Source: an uncultured virus (IMG/VR IMGVR_UViG_3300021961_010831) (lineage: Duplodnaviria; Heunggongvirae; Uroviricota; Caudoviricetes). Taken from it: a stretch of 20,000 nt of DNA. The stretch is taken from IMG/VR virus record IMGVR_UViG_3300021961_010831, one strand, 5' to 3'. Positions 1-7,659 of the stretch are shown in pieces. The position numbers were made by a program, and so were the translations under genes. The number at the start of each line of letters is the position of its first letter. The stretch's first letter is position 1. Below the pieces are notes generated by a model. That model did no database searches and was not told the DNA's origin. It saw nothing but the letters and a program-made list of their open reading frames with translations.

Positions 1-375
1 GACGATATTCTGAGAAACCAAGTTTTGAGTTCGTACTTACATGGTACGACAAAATTCATGAATTCAGCAAAAAGAAATATCGAGGAAAAAACATCATTGG
101 AAATTTCATTTATAAATCAGGTCATCGAATTGGTTCCAGATAAAATGACTCCAATAATCGTTAATAAACTATGTTACCCAAATTCCACAAATTTACACGT
201 AGGTAAGTATCAGATTATCAAATCATTGATGGAATATGGTTACAAGATCAATGTAATAGAAGACCTTGATTTCATTAAGGGTCCTATTCCAAAAGAAATG
301 TTAAATGATTTTGGTAGTAATCTGAAATTTTATCCAAAAAATTCCAAAGTAGACGGAATCTTAATCGATTTCTAA
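1..375 (+). CDS. 3' part of a gene entering from the left edge; possibly a divergent C-terminal domain of a UDP-glucose/GDP-mannose dehydrogenase family protein
   Basis: Frame 1 is open from base 1 (GAC GAT ATT CTG...) to TAA at 373-375, so the TTG at 25 is probably not the true start. IIVNKLCYPNSTNLHVGKYQIIKSLMEYGYKINVIED loosely resembles the NDP-sugar dehydrogenase C-terminal pattern, and the neighbours are NDP-sugar genes. Product call is weak. Confidence 0.35.
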   Translation, partial: DDILRNQVLSSYLHGTTKFMNSAKRNIEEKTSLEISFINQVIELVPDKMTPIIVNKLCYPNSTNLHVGKYQIIKSLMEYGYKINVIEDLDFIKGPIPKEMLNDFGSNLKFYPKNSKVDGILIDF

Positions 376-415
376 ACTACAAAAAAATAAACCATTTTTT
401 ATTATTAAAATAAAA

Positions 416-1537
416 ATGAAAAAAATTGTCGTTTTGGGTGGTGGTGGTTTCATCGGAGGTCACTTAGCTAAAAGGTTGAAATCTGAAGGGAATTGGGTCA
501 GAATTTGTGACATAAAAAGACATGAATATTTTTCATCCAATGAAATCTGTGATGAATTTATTGTAGGAGATTTGTGTGACCCACACGTTGTTTCTACCGT
601 AATTGACGACACCATTGATGAAGTTTATCAACTTGCCGCAGATATGGGGGGTGCTGGTTATATTTTTACTGGTGAAAATGATGCAAATGTGATGCACAAC
701 TCGGCACTTATAAATCTGAACGTTGTACATGAATGTACGAAAAAAAATGTTGGTAAAGTATTTTACTCATCATCGGCGTGCATGTATCCTGAACATAACC
801 AACTTGACCCTGACAATCCAAACTGCGAAGAATCATCAGCATATCCTGCAAACCCCGACTCAGAGTACGGGTGGGAAAAACTATTTTCTGAAAGATTATT
901 CTTGGCATTCAACAGAAACTACGGTTTGGATGTGAGAATTGCACGATTCCACAACATCTTTGGACCCCAGGGTACATGGAAGGGTGGAAAAGAGAAATCA
1001 CCCGCCGCTATGTGTAGAAAAGCCGCTGAGGTAAACGATTGGGATAAAATACCTGGTCAACCAAGACCCGAATATCAATTAGAAGTTTGGGGGGATGGAC
1101 AACAGACACGTTCATTCTTGTATGTAGATGAGTGTGTTGAGGCGGTACTAAGACTCATGGAGAGTGATTTCACAGGTCCTGTGAACATCGGATCCGAAGA
1201 GATGGTAAGTATCAATGAATTAGCGCAAATCGCAATTGATTTATCAGGAAAAGATATCAAGATCAAAAATATTGAAGGTGAAGAATTCTTAAATAAATAT
1301 GGATTCCCTTGTCCACTTGGGGTTAGAGGTAGAAACTCCGATAACAGACTATATAATAAAAAAGTGGGTTGGGAATCAAAATTAACTCTTAGGGAAGGTA
1401 TGGAAAAAACATATAAATGGATAGAAGAACAAATCGAAAAGGACAAGTCTGAAATAGTCTATATCTATGAGAGTCCTGATAAAGGAAAAACAATTTACAA
1501 ACGTGAGTTTGGTAAAACAGAAAAAGTATTAATATAA
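416..1537 (+). CDS. gme: NAD-dependent NDP-sugar epimerase, GDP-mannose 3,5-epimerase-like (extended SDR)
   Basis: GGGGFIG Rossmann motif, LAADMGG, SSACMYP (catalytic Cys position), YGWEK (YxxxK), RFHNIFGP, KEKSPAAMCRK (catalytic Lys position), WGDGQQTRSF, GVRGRNSDN; all typical of the GME subfamily. Confidence 0.9.
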   Translation: MKKIVVLGGGGFIGGHLAKRLKSEGNWVRICDIKRHEYFSSNEICDEFIVGDLCDPHVVSTVIDDTIDEVYQLAADMGGAGYIFTGENDANVMHNSALINLNVVHECTKKNVGKVFYSSSACMYPEHNQLDPDNPNCEESSAYPANPDSEYGWEKLFSERLFLAFNRNYGLDVRIARFHNIFGPQGTWKGGKEKSPAAMCRKAAEVNDWDKIPGQPRPEYQLEVWGDGQQTRSFLYVDECVEAVLRLMESDFTGPVNIGSEEMVSINELAQIAIDLSGKDIKIKNIEGEEFLNKYGFPCPLGVRGRNSDNRLYNKKVGWESKLTLREGMEKTYKWIEEQIEKDKSEIVYIYESPDKGKTIYKREFGKTEKVLI

Positions 1538-1926
1538 TGGAAAAACCAATTGTCTATAATGCACTCGAGTGCTCGAGTTGTAATGTACCCAAAGGTTGGG
1601 GACATGAAGTTATTTTTGAAAATAACGAACTATACTGTGGAAAATTACTTGTCTTTAAAAAGGGATGTAAGTTTTCTATGCACTACCACATGATCAAGGA
1701 TGAGACTTGGTATGTACAAGAAGGTGAATTCTTGTACAGATGGATTGATACTGAAACCGCAGAGGTAATCACCGAAACTTTAGTTGTAGGTGATTCAGTT
1801 AGACAACTACCAGGACAACCACACCAATTAGAAGCTTTGACGGATGGAACCATCTATGAGGTATCAACACAACATTTTGATTCAGATTCATACCGAGTAT
1901 GGAGGGGAGACAGTCAACCCAAATAA
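1537..1926 (+). CDS. Cupin-domain sugar isomerase-like protein (mannose-6-phosphate isomerase type II / D-lyxose isomerase-like)
   Basis: KGWGHE..., YCGKLL, SMHYHxxKDETWYV and PGQPHQLEA supply the cupin His/His/Glu/His metal ligands; TAATG overlap with the upstream gene. Confidence 0.8.
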   Translation: MEKPIVYNALECSSCNVPKGWGHEVIFENNELYCGKLLVFKKGCKFSMHYHMIKDETWYVQEGEFLYRWIDTETAEVITETLVVGDSVRQLPGQPHQLEALTDGTIYEVSTQHFDSDSYRVWRGDSQPK

Positions 1927-2324
1927 GGGTATGGGTCAACGGGACCTTTGATGTCTTACACAGAGGACATATCGAGCTTATAAAATATGCTTCAAAATTT
2001 GGTACTCTTCGTGTCGGAATCGATTATGATGAAAGGGTAAAATCATTCAAGGGAGATTCACGACCAGTAAATTTGTGGACTGATAGAAAGTTTATGATGG
2101 AAAGTATCACTTATGTCAACAGTGTTGTTGGTTTTGGAAGTGATGAAGAATTGGAAGATCAAATTAGAGAATGGAAACCCAAATATTTGATCGTTGGGTC
2201 AGATTATAAAGATAAAAAAGTTATTGGTTCACATTTGGTTGAACAGGTATTATTTTTTGATAAAATTGATGGATTTTCCACAACAAATATTTTAGAACAT
2301 GACAAAAATATTAGTAATCGGTGA
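1899..2324 (+). CDS. hldC: Heptose-1-phosphate nucleotidyltransferase-like protein (RfaE/HldE domain II, cytidylyltransferase fold)
   Basis: NGTFDVLHRGH (HxGH), VGIDxDxxVKxxKGxxRP, VGSDY, C-terminal GFSTT; lies next to an RfaE domain I kinase. Confidence 0.85.
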   Translation: MEGRQSTQIRVWVNGTFDVLHRGHIELIKYASKFGTLRVGIDYDERVKSFKGDSRPVNLWTDRKFMMESITYVNSVVGFGSDEELEDQIREWKPKYLIVGSDYKDKKVIGSHLVEQVLFFDKIDGFSTTNILEHDKNISNR

Positions 2325-3060
2325 GTTAGGTCAAGACGTATTCGTTTACGGGAACGTCACTAGAATCTGTCCTGAGGCACCTGTCCCTGTATTAAATCCA
2401 ACCCGTGAGGTTACAAACCCTGGTATGGCGGGTAACGTTGTTGCCAACTTACAATCCTTAAATCCCGATGCCGACATTGTACATTGGCACCAAGAACAAC
2501 AAATTACTAAGACACGGTTTGTAGAAGAGAAAAGTAATCAAATGTTAGTTAGAGTAGATTACGGAGAAACTAATCCACAAATCCTCACACCATTTGTATT
2601 CTTGACTCCAAGAAAAATTGAGACAATCAATGAGTCCGATATGATAATCCTAAGTGATTATGACAAAGGTTTTCTTTCACATGAGATGATAAAGAAACTG
2701 TCAACCATGAATAAGTTGACAATCTTGGACACCAAAAAGAAATTAAACGAGGATACAATATCTGATATTACTTTTATAAAACTAAATGAATTTGAATTCC
2801 AAAATAACAAATCTTTGGTTGAAAAATTTCCCGAAAAGTTCATTGTAACATTAGGGTCCAAAGGATGTCAATATAATGGTGTGATATACCCTTCACCCAA
2901 ACCACAAGAGACCATAGACGTATCGGGTGCTGGAGATACATTTGTAGCATCATTTAGTATCAAATATTTGGAAACTAAAAATATAGAACAATCCCTAACT
3001 TTCGCCAATGAAATGTCTTCAATTGTGGTGTCTAAGAAAGGAGTATCAACACCTAAATAA
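2299..3060 (+). CDS. hldA: Heptose-7-phosphate kinase-like PfkB/ribokinase family protein (RfaE/HldE domain I)
   Basis: RICPEAPVPV, GMAGNVVANL, ITKTRF, RVD, ILSDYDKG and the PfkB signature DVSGAGDTF. Confidence 0.85.
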   Translation: MTKILVIGELGQDVFVYGNVTRICPEAPVPVLNPTREVTNPGMAGNVVANLQSLNPDADIVHWHQEQQITKTRFVEEKSNQMLVRVDYGETNPQILTPFVFLTPRKIETINESDMIILSDYDKGFLSHEMIKKLSTMNKLTILDTKKKLNEDTISDITFIKLNEFEFQNNKSLVEKFPEKFIVTLGSKGCQYNGVIYPSPKPQETIDVSGAGDTFVASFSIKYLETKNIEQSLTFANEMSSIVVSKKGVSTPK

Positions 3061-3066
3061 TATAAA

Positions 3067-3798
3067 ATGCCGAGGAAATCACCTAGAGTGTCTGGTATCA
3101 CAGAAAGTGCCAGTCAGAGAAATATATCCAAGAAGAATATCATAAATCAAATTTTACCAAACAAAACAAGGGAAAAATTCCTCAGTGAAAATCAAAAAAA
3201 ATATTATCAAGAACTCACAAATAATGAAATAACAATTTGTTCAGGACCGGCAGGTGTTGGAAAGTCTTATGTCGCAATGAAGGCGGCTGTTGATCTTCTA
3301 TCAGATCCAACCACACCATATGAAAAAATTATCATTGTGAGACCAGCTGTGGAGGCGGAAGAAAAATTGGGTTCACTTCCAGGTAATGTGGAAGAAAAAT
3401 TAGATCCTTATATTTTTCCATCTTACTATCTCCTGAACAAAATCATTGGTAAGGAAAAAAGAGAATTACTGAAAGAAATTGAGGCCATAGAAGTATTTGC
3501 GTTAGCGTATATGAGAGGTATGAATATCGATAATTCAATTTTGATATTTGAAGAGGCCCAAAATTGTTCTCCAAAACAAATGAAACTCTTACTCACTCGT
3601 ATTGGATTCAACAGCAAATTTTTTATTTCGGGCGATTTGGAACAAACAGATCGATATAAAGACAAAAGACATTCTGGTTTGTGGGACGCCATTGAAAAGT
3701 TTACAAAAGTAGATAGGATTGGTATTTTTTCATTCGAGGATGGTGATATTGTTCGAAATCCTCTCATAAGTAAAATATTAGAAAAATACGACGAATGA
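3067..3798 (+). CDS. phoH: PhoH family ATPase
   Basis: Walker A GPAGVGKS, RPAVEAEEKLGSLPG, LAYMRG, EEAQN, LTRIG, GDLEQTD, DIVRNPLI. Confidence 0.95.
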   Translation: MPRKSPRVSGITESASQRNISKKNIINQILPNKTREKFLSENQKKYYQELTNNEITICSGPAGVGKSYVAMKAAVDLLSDPTTPYEKIIIVRPAVEAEEKLGSLPGNVEEKLDPYIFPSYYLLNKIIGKEKRELLKEIEAIEVFALAYMRGMNIDNSILIFEEAQNCSPKQMKLLLTRIGFNSKFFISGDLEQTDRYKDKRHSGLWDAIEKFTKVDRIGIFSFEDGDIVRNPLISKILEKYDE

Positions 3799-4391
3799 TT
3801 AGAGTCGCAATAGAAATTGATGGTGTACTCAGGGACACTTATACTAAACTTGAACAAATTTATCAAAAATTTTTGATAGATGAGTTAGAGTTAGTTGATG
3901 ATGATTTTAAGTTTGAGATAAAAAAACCATATTCTACTAAAAATTTTGATGAACATTTCATGTTCAAAACAGATGAAGAATTTTTCACATTTGTCTATGA
4001 AGAATTCGCTATGGAAATTTTTGGTCATTCTCCATCAACGGAACTTTCTACATTTATGGATTTACAAGATCTTCAGATCAAATTTCAAAATGAAATTGAA
4101 TGGGTTTTTATTTCAGAACAAATTGGTAAAACAAAACCCGCAACACTTTTTTTCATTTCAAAATTCGGTTGTGATGTAGACAAAGTTGTTTTTTTCAATA
4201 AAAAAAATATCGAAAAAATTTGGAGTGAGTTTGACGTTTTAATTGCATCTTCTCCAAACTTACTTGATAATGTTGATATGAAACCTACAATAAAATACGA
4301 AAGAACTTATAATTTAAATATTAACGTAAATTATACAATAACCAATTTGAAAGATTTAGAATCAACTTTGAAAAAAATTATTAAATCATGA
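3795..4391 (+). CDS. HAD-fold protein related to 5'(3')-deoxyribonucleotidases, with an atypical motif I
   Basis: N-terminal RVAIEIDGVLRD resembles hhhDxDGVLxD, with Glu at the nucleophile position; C-terminal YERTYN; ATGA overlap with phoH. Confidence 0.55.
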   Translation: MIRVAIEIDGVLRDTYTKLEQIYQKFLIDELELVDDDFKFEIKKPYSTKNFDEHFMFKTDEEFFTFVYEEFAMEIFGHSPSTELSTFMDLQDLQIKFQNEIEWVFISEQIGKTKPATLFFISKFGCDVDKVVFFNKKNIEKIWSEFDVLIASSPNLLDNVDMKPTIKYERTYNLNINVNYTITNLKDLESTLKKIIKS

Positions 4392-4654
4392 TAGAAGTAT
4401 TTGGAGAAAATTACCACTTAAATTTGAATAATATTGATAAATTTGTCAACCTGCCTAATCAGTCTGGTGACAGTGAAAATCAACATATTTCAATTATAAA
4501 ATATGAGATGATTAAGATTATGATTGATGTAATTTTTTCAGAAACTGAGGACGTGGATGACAAGTTATCTAGTCGTGGTGCCGAAAAATTGAACATTCCA
4601 TTCAAATTAGCATGGAATACATTATTGAGATATAAATTACTTGAAAAACTATAA
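4388..4654 (+). CDS. Hypothetical protein (88 aa)
   Basis: ATGA overlap with the upstream gene and a 3-nt gap to the next gene; no motif recognised. Confidence 0.75.
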   Translation: MIEVFGENYHLNLNNIDKFVNLPNQSGDSENQHISIIKYEMIKIMIDVIFSETEDVDDKLSSRGAEKLNIPFKLAWNTLLRYKLLEKL

Positions 4655-4657
4655 AAA

Positions 4658-5710
4658 ATGGAAACAGAATTAAAAGAAAAAATTTTAAGATCTATTGATA
4701 ATATCGAGAACAAGAAAAATAAAATTTACTTTTTTGTTCAAGATACTAAAGGCAATGCAAAAGCGTCCTTGGTCTACATTTATGACATGGCTAATACCCT
4801 GTCTTCCGAAGGTTATAATGTAATCATGTTACATGAAAAACCTGATTACACAAAAATCGGGTCATGGAGTGATTCTAAATTTGATTTACTACCACACCAA
4901 TCCATCGAAGGAACTAACTTGGAAATTGCTCCCGAGGACATCATGGTAATCCCTGAAATTTTCGGATTTGTAATGGAGCAAATCAATAATCTACCTTGTG
5001 GAAAAATTGTAATTACTCAAGCATACGACCATATGTTGGAAACCCTAACACCTGGAAATTCATGGGCACAATTGGGTATCTATAAATGTATTACAACCTC
5101 AGAAAGTCAAAAAAATCAAATCGAAAAACTTATGAAAAGAGTTACAGTTGATGTTATTCAACCAGTAATTTCTGAAAAGTTTGAAAAACAAAAGTTTCCT
5201 CCTAAACCAATTATTGCTGTTCATACTAGAGACCAAAGAGATGGTATTAACCTAATCAAACAATTCTATCTAAAATACCCTCAATATAGATTTTTTACTT
5301 TTAGAGATTTACGTGGAGTATCAATGGATGAATTTGCAAATGCACTTCAGGATTCTTTCTTGGGTGTTTGGATCGACCCCACATCTGGTTTTGGTACGTT
5401 CCCACTAGAATGTATGAGAGTAGGAATTCCTGTTCTTGGTTTGAAACCAAACTTGAAACCTGAGTGGTTAGAAGACAAAAACGGTATTTGGGTTGATAAC
5501 CAAATTATGATGGTAGATATTATTGCCGACTTAATTCAAACTTGGCTCGAAGATAATATTTTGAAGGAAATATACACCGAATCTGAAACTACATCAAAAA
5601 AATATATCGATAGAGAAAAATTTACTTCTGAAGTTGTAAACCTATTCTCAGATTTTTCGAATAAACGTAAAGAAGCTTTTGAAGCTCAATTGAATCCTGA
5701 AACTGTATAA
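4658..5710 (+). CDS. GT-B fold glycosyltransferase (GT4-like)
   Basis: SGFGTFPLECMRVGIPV matches the GT4 (E)GFGxxxLEAMxxGxPV signature; N-terminal ...ANTLSSEGYNV and DIMVIPE segments fit the fold. Confidence 0.75.
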   Translation: METELKEKILRSIDNIENKKNKIYFFVQDTKGNAKASLVYIYDMANTLSSEGYNVIMLHEKPDYTKIGSWSDSKFDLLPHQSIEGTNLEIAPEDIMVIPEIFGFVMEQINNLPCGKIVITQAYDHMLETLTPGNSWAQLGIYKCITTSESQKNQIEKLMKRVTVDVIQPVISEKFEKQKFPPKPIIAVHTRDQRDGINLIKQFYLKYPQYRFFTFRDLRGVSMDEFANALQDSFLGVWIDPTSGFGTFPLECMRVGIPVLGLKPNLKPEWLEDKNGIWVDNQIMMVDIIADLIQTWLEDNILKEIYTESETTSKKYIDREKFTSEVVNLFSDFSNKRKEAFEAQLNPETV

Positions 5711-5713
5711 GAT

Positions 5714-6520
5714 ATGGAAAACATTTTAAATTTATCAGTAATTCTTCCTATTAAATCATCAATAACACGAGATTTTGATGAATATTTTGATCGTGCAATT
5801 TTATCCCTTAAAAATCAGAAAGTTCAATTTTCTGAGTTGGTTATTGTACATACGTTGGAAGAAACATTAGTTAATAAACTACAAAACTACGATTTCGGAG
5901 ATTTGACTGTCAAACTAGTGGAGTTCAGTGGTGATGCAAATTTCCAAAGTCAAATAAATTTGGGTGTTGAATCTGCGAATTCTGACTGGGTAAGTTTCTT
6001 CGAATTTGACGATGAATATGCCAACATTTGGTTCGAAAATGTTCAAAAGTATATTTCGGTATATCCTGAAGTCGACGCATTTCTACCAATAGTAGTTGAT
6101 GTCGATGAAAAAGGTGTTTTCATTGGATTTACAAATGAGGCAACCTTTGCTGCGAATTTTACTCAAGAAATGGGATTTTTAACTAATGAAACCCTCTTGA
6201 ATTATCAGAACTTTCAAACGTCAGGAATGGTCATCAAACGAGAAAAACTTTCCGATTTTGGTTCATTCAAACCCTCAATGAAACTGACTTTTGTTTATGA
6301 ATTCCTTTTGAGAATGTCATACAATTCTTTACGATTGATGACCATTCCAAAACTTGGTTACAAACATACAACATTACGTGAAGGATCCATTTTTTGGAAT
6401 TATAAAAATGGAAGTGACATTATGACTGAAAAAGAAGTAAAGTTTTGGATTTCTACGGCAAAAAAAGAATATTTTTTCACTGAGGACAGAAATATAAAAT
6501 ATGAAGTTGAGAATGTTTAA
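5714..6520 (+). CDS. GT-A fold glycosyltransferase (GT2-like)
   Basis: LSVILP, AILSLKNQ, INLGVESANSDWVSFFEFDD (DxDD-type region), later FLLR motif. Confidence 0.8.
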   Translation: MENILNLSVILPIKSSITRDFDEYFDRAILSLKNQKVQFSELVIVHTLEETLVNKLQNYDFGDLTVKLVEFSGDANFQSQINLGVESANSDWVSFFEFDDEYANIWFENVQKYISVYPEVDAFLPIVVDVDEKGVFIGFTNEATFAANFTQEMGFLTNETLLNYQNFQTSGMVIKREKLSDFGSFKPSMKLTFVYEFLLRMSYNSLRLMTIPKLGYKHTTLREGSIFWNYKNGSDIMTEKEVKFWISTAKKEYFFTEDRNIKYEVENV

Positions 6521-7260
6521 TGTCTTTTTCTTCAACAACAACTACTTCTACAACTCAAAAAAGGGGTCGTAAACCAACACAAACTAATTATTTTGATGTT
6601 GTAGAGGAAAATGCTGTTAGGGCTTACCTGTTGGCATCTACATATGAAGAAAAAAATAAAATATATAACGAATTTCTACGAGCACCTTTAGATAAAATGA
6701 TATCTTCGATTATAAGAAGATATAAATTATATAGAAAGGACATGGATTTTACAGATATACATACAGATACCCACTCTTTTCTAATGACTAAAGTGGATAA
6801 ATTTAAGCCAGATAAAAATAAAAAGGCATATTCATATTTCGGTACAATCTGTAAAAACTATCTTATGGGTCAAATTATAAAAGACCAAAAAGAAACTAAC
6901 AGAAAAATTTCATACGAAGATATCTCAACTCAATTGGAGTTAAGACCTGATATGATTTATTATATCGAGCATGAAAAAACAGATGCTGACGCTGTAATAA
7001 TACAATTCATCCTACAACTTAAACAAACTTTAGAGTCTGAAAATCTCAATGCAAATGAAAAAAAATTGGGTATTGCTCTAATTGAATTATTTGAAAATTA
7101 CAAAACAATTTTCATGGGTACTGATAATAATAAATTTAACAAAAATATCATTTTGTTATCAATAAGGGAAATGACAAACTTATCCACAAAAGAGATAAGA
7201 AGTGCCATGAAAAAGTACAAAAAATTGTATTACACCCTTGTGAATGCCATGAGTGATTGA
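6520..7260 (+). CDS. Phage RNA polymerase sigma factor (sigma70 region 2; T4 gp55-like, probably late transcription)
   Basis: DKFKPDKNKKAYSYFGTICKNYL matches sigma region 2.3-2.4 (FDP.K....F.YF..I); possible C-terminal HTH (IREMTNLSTKEIRSAM). Confidence 0.7.
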   Translation: MSFSSTTTTSTTQKRGRKPTQTNYFDVVEENAVRAYLLASTYEEKNKIYNEFLRAPLDKMISSIIRRYKLYRKDMDFTDIHTDTHSFLMTKVDKFKPDKNKKAYSYFGTICKNYLMGQIIKDQKETNRKISYEDISTQLELRPDMIYYIEHEKTDADAVIIQFILQLKQTLESENLNANEKKLGIALIELFENYKTIFMGTDNNKFNKNIILLSIREMTNLSTKEIRSAMKKYKKLYYTLVNAMSD

Positions 7261-7275
7261 TTTTTCATACCAAAC

Positions 7276-7283
7276 TATTTATA
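7276..7283 (+). promoter_or_regulatory. Candidate late-promoter motif TATTTATA
   Basis: Exact 8-mer in the short gap after the sigma gene, 3 nt before ATG 7287; recurs before other probable late genes. Confidence 0.55.
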
Positions 7284-7286
7284 GAT

Positions 7287-7655
7287 ATGTCTAGACCTAA
7301 GAAAAAAGAAATTGTACTTACAAAAGAATCTATACTATCTTTGTTACAAGAAATCTATAACGAGTTAGTTGAACAGAGATCTACAGCAATTCGTGTACAA
7401 AACAAAATGTTGGCACTTCTGAAAGATCCACAAGATATGACCTTGATTGGTCCTGTTTTAGAAAAACAACAAAAAGTAATAAATGACGTTGTTGAAAAAA
7501 AATTAACTTTAGCTAAACTTCAATCATCAATATGGGAAAAATCCCAAGTTAGTGAGGATAATATGAATCTTACGGATATTGATGATGAAATGTTACAATC
7601 ATTAATTCAAAAAGATATCCAAGGTGTAGAATCAGATAATAAGTACAAAATGTAA
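7287..7655 (+). CDS. Hypothetical alpha-helical/coiled-coil protein (122 aa)
   Basis: ATG 7287 (MSRPKKK...) preferred over the ORF-track start at 7257 because it follows the TATTTATA motif; heptad-like Leu/Gln/Lys pattern. Confidence 0.75.
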   Translation: MSRPKKKEIVLTKESILSLLQEIYNELVEQRSTAIRVQNKMLALLKDPQDMTLIGPVLEKQQKVINDVVEKKLTLAKLQSSIWEKSQVSEDNMNLTDIDDEMLQSLIQKDIQGVESDNKYKM

Positions 7656-7659
7656 TGAG

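Noticed and set aside
3550..6010. GAA read as Asp, to explain the Asp-to-Glu motif changes
   Set aside because: GAA encodes conserved Glu elsewhere (e.g. capsid ELAQD and AEIDREI), and the kinase case uses GAG.
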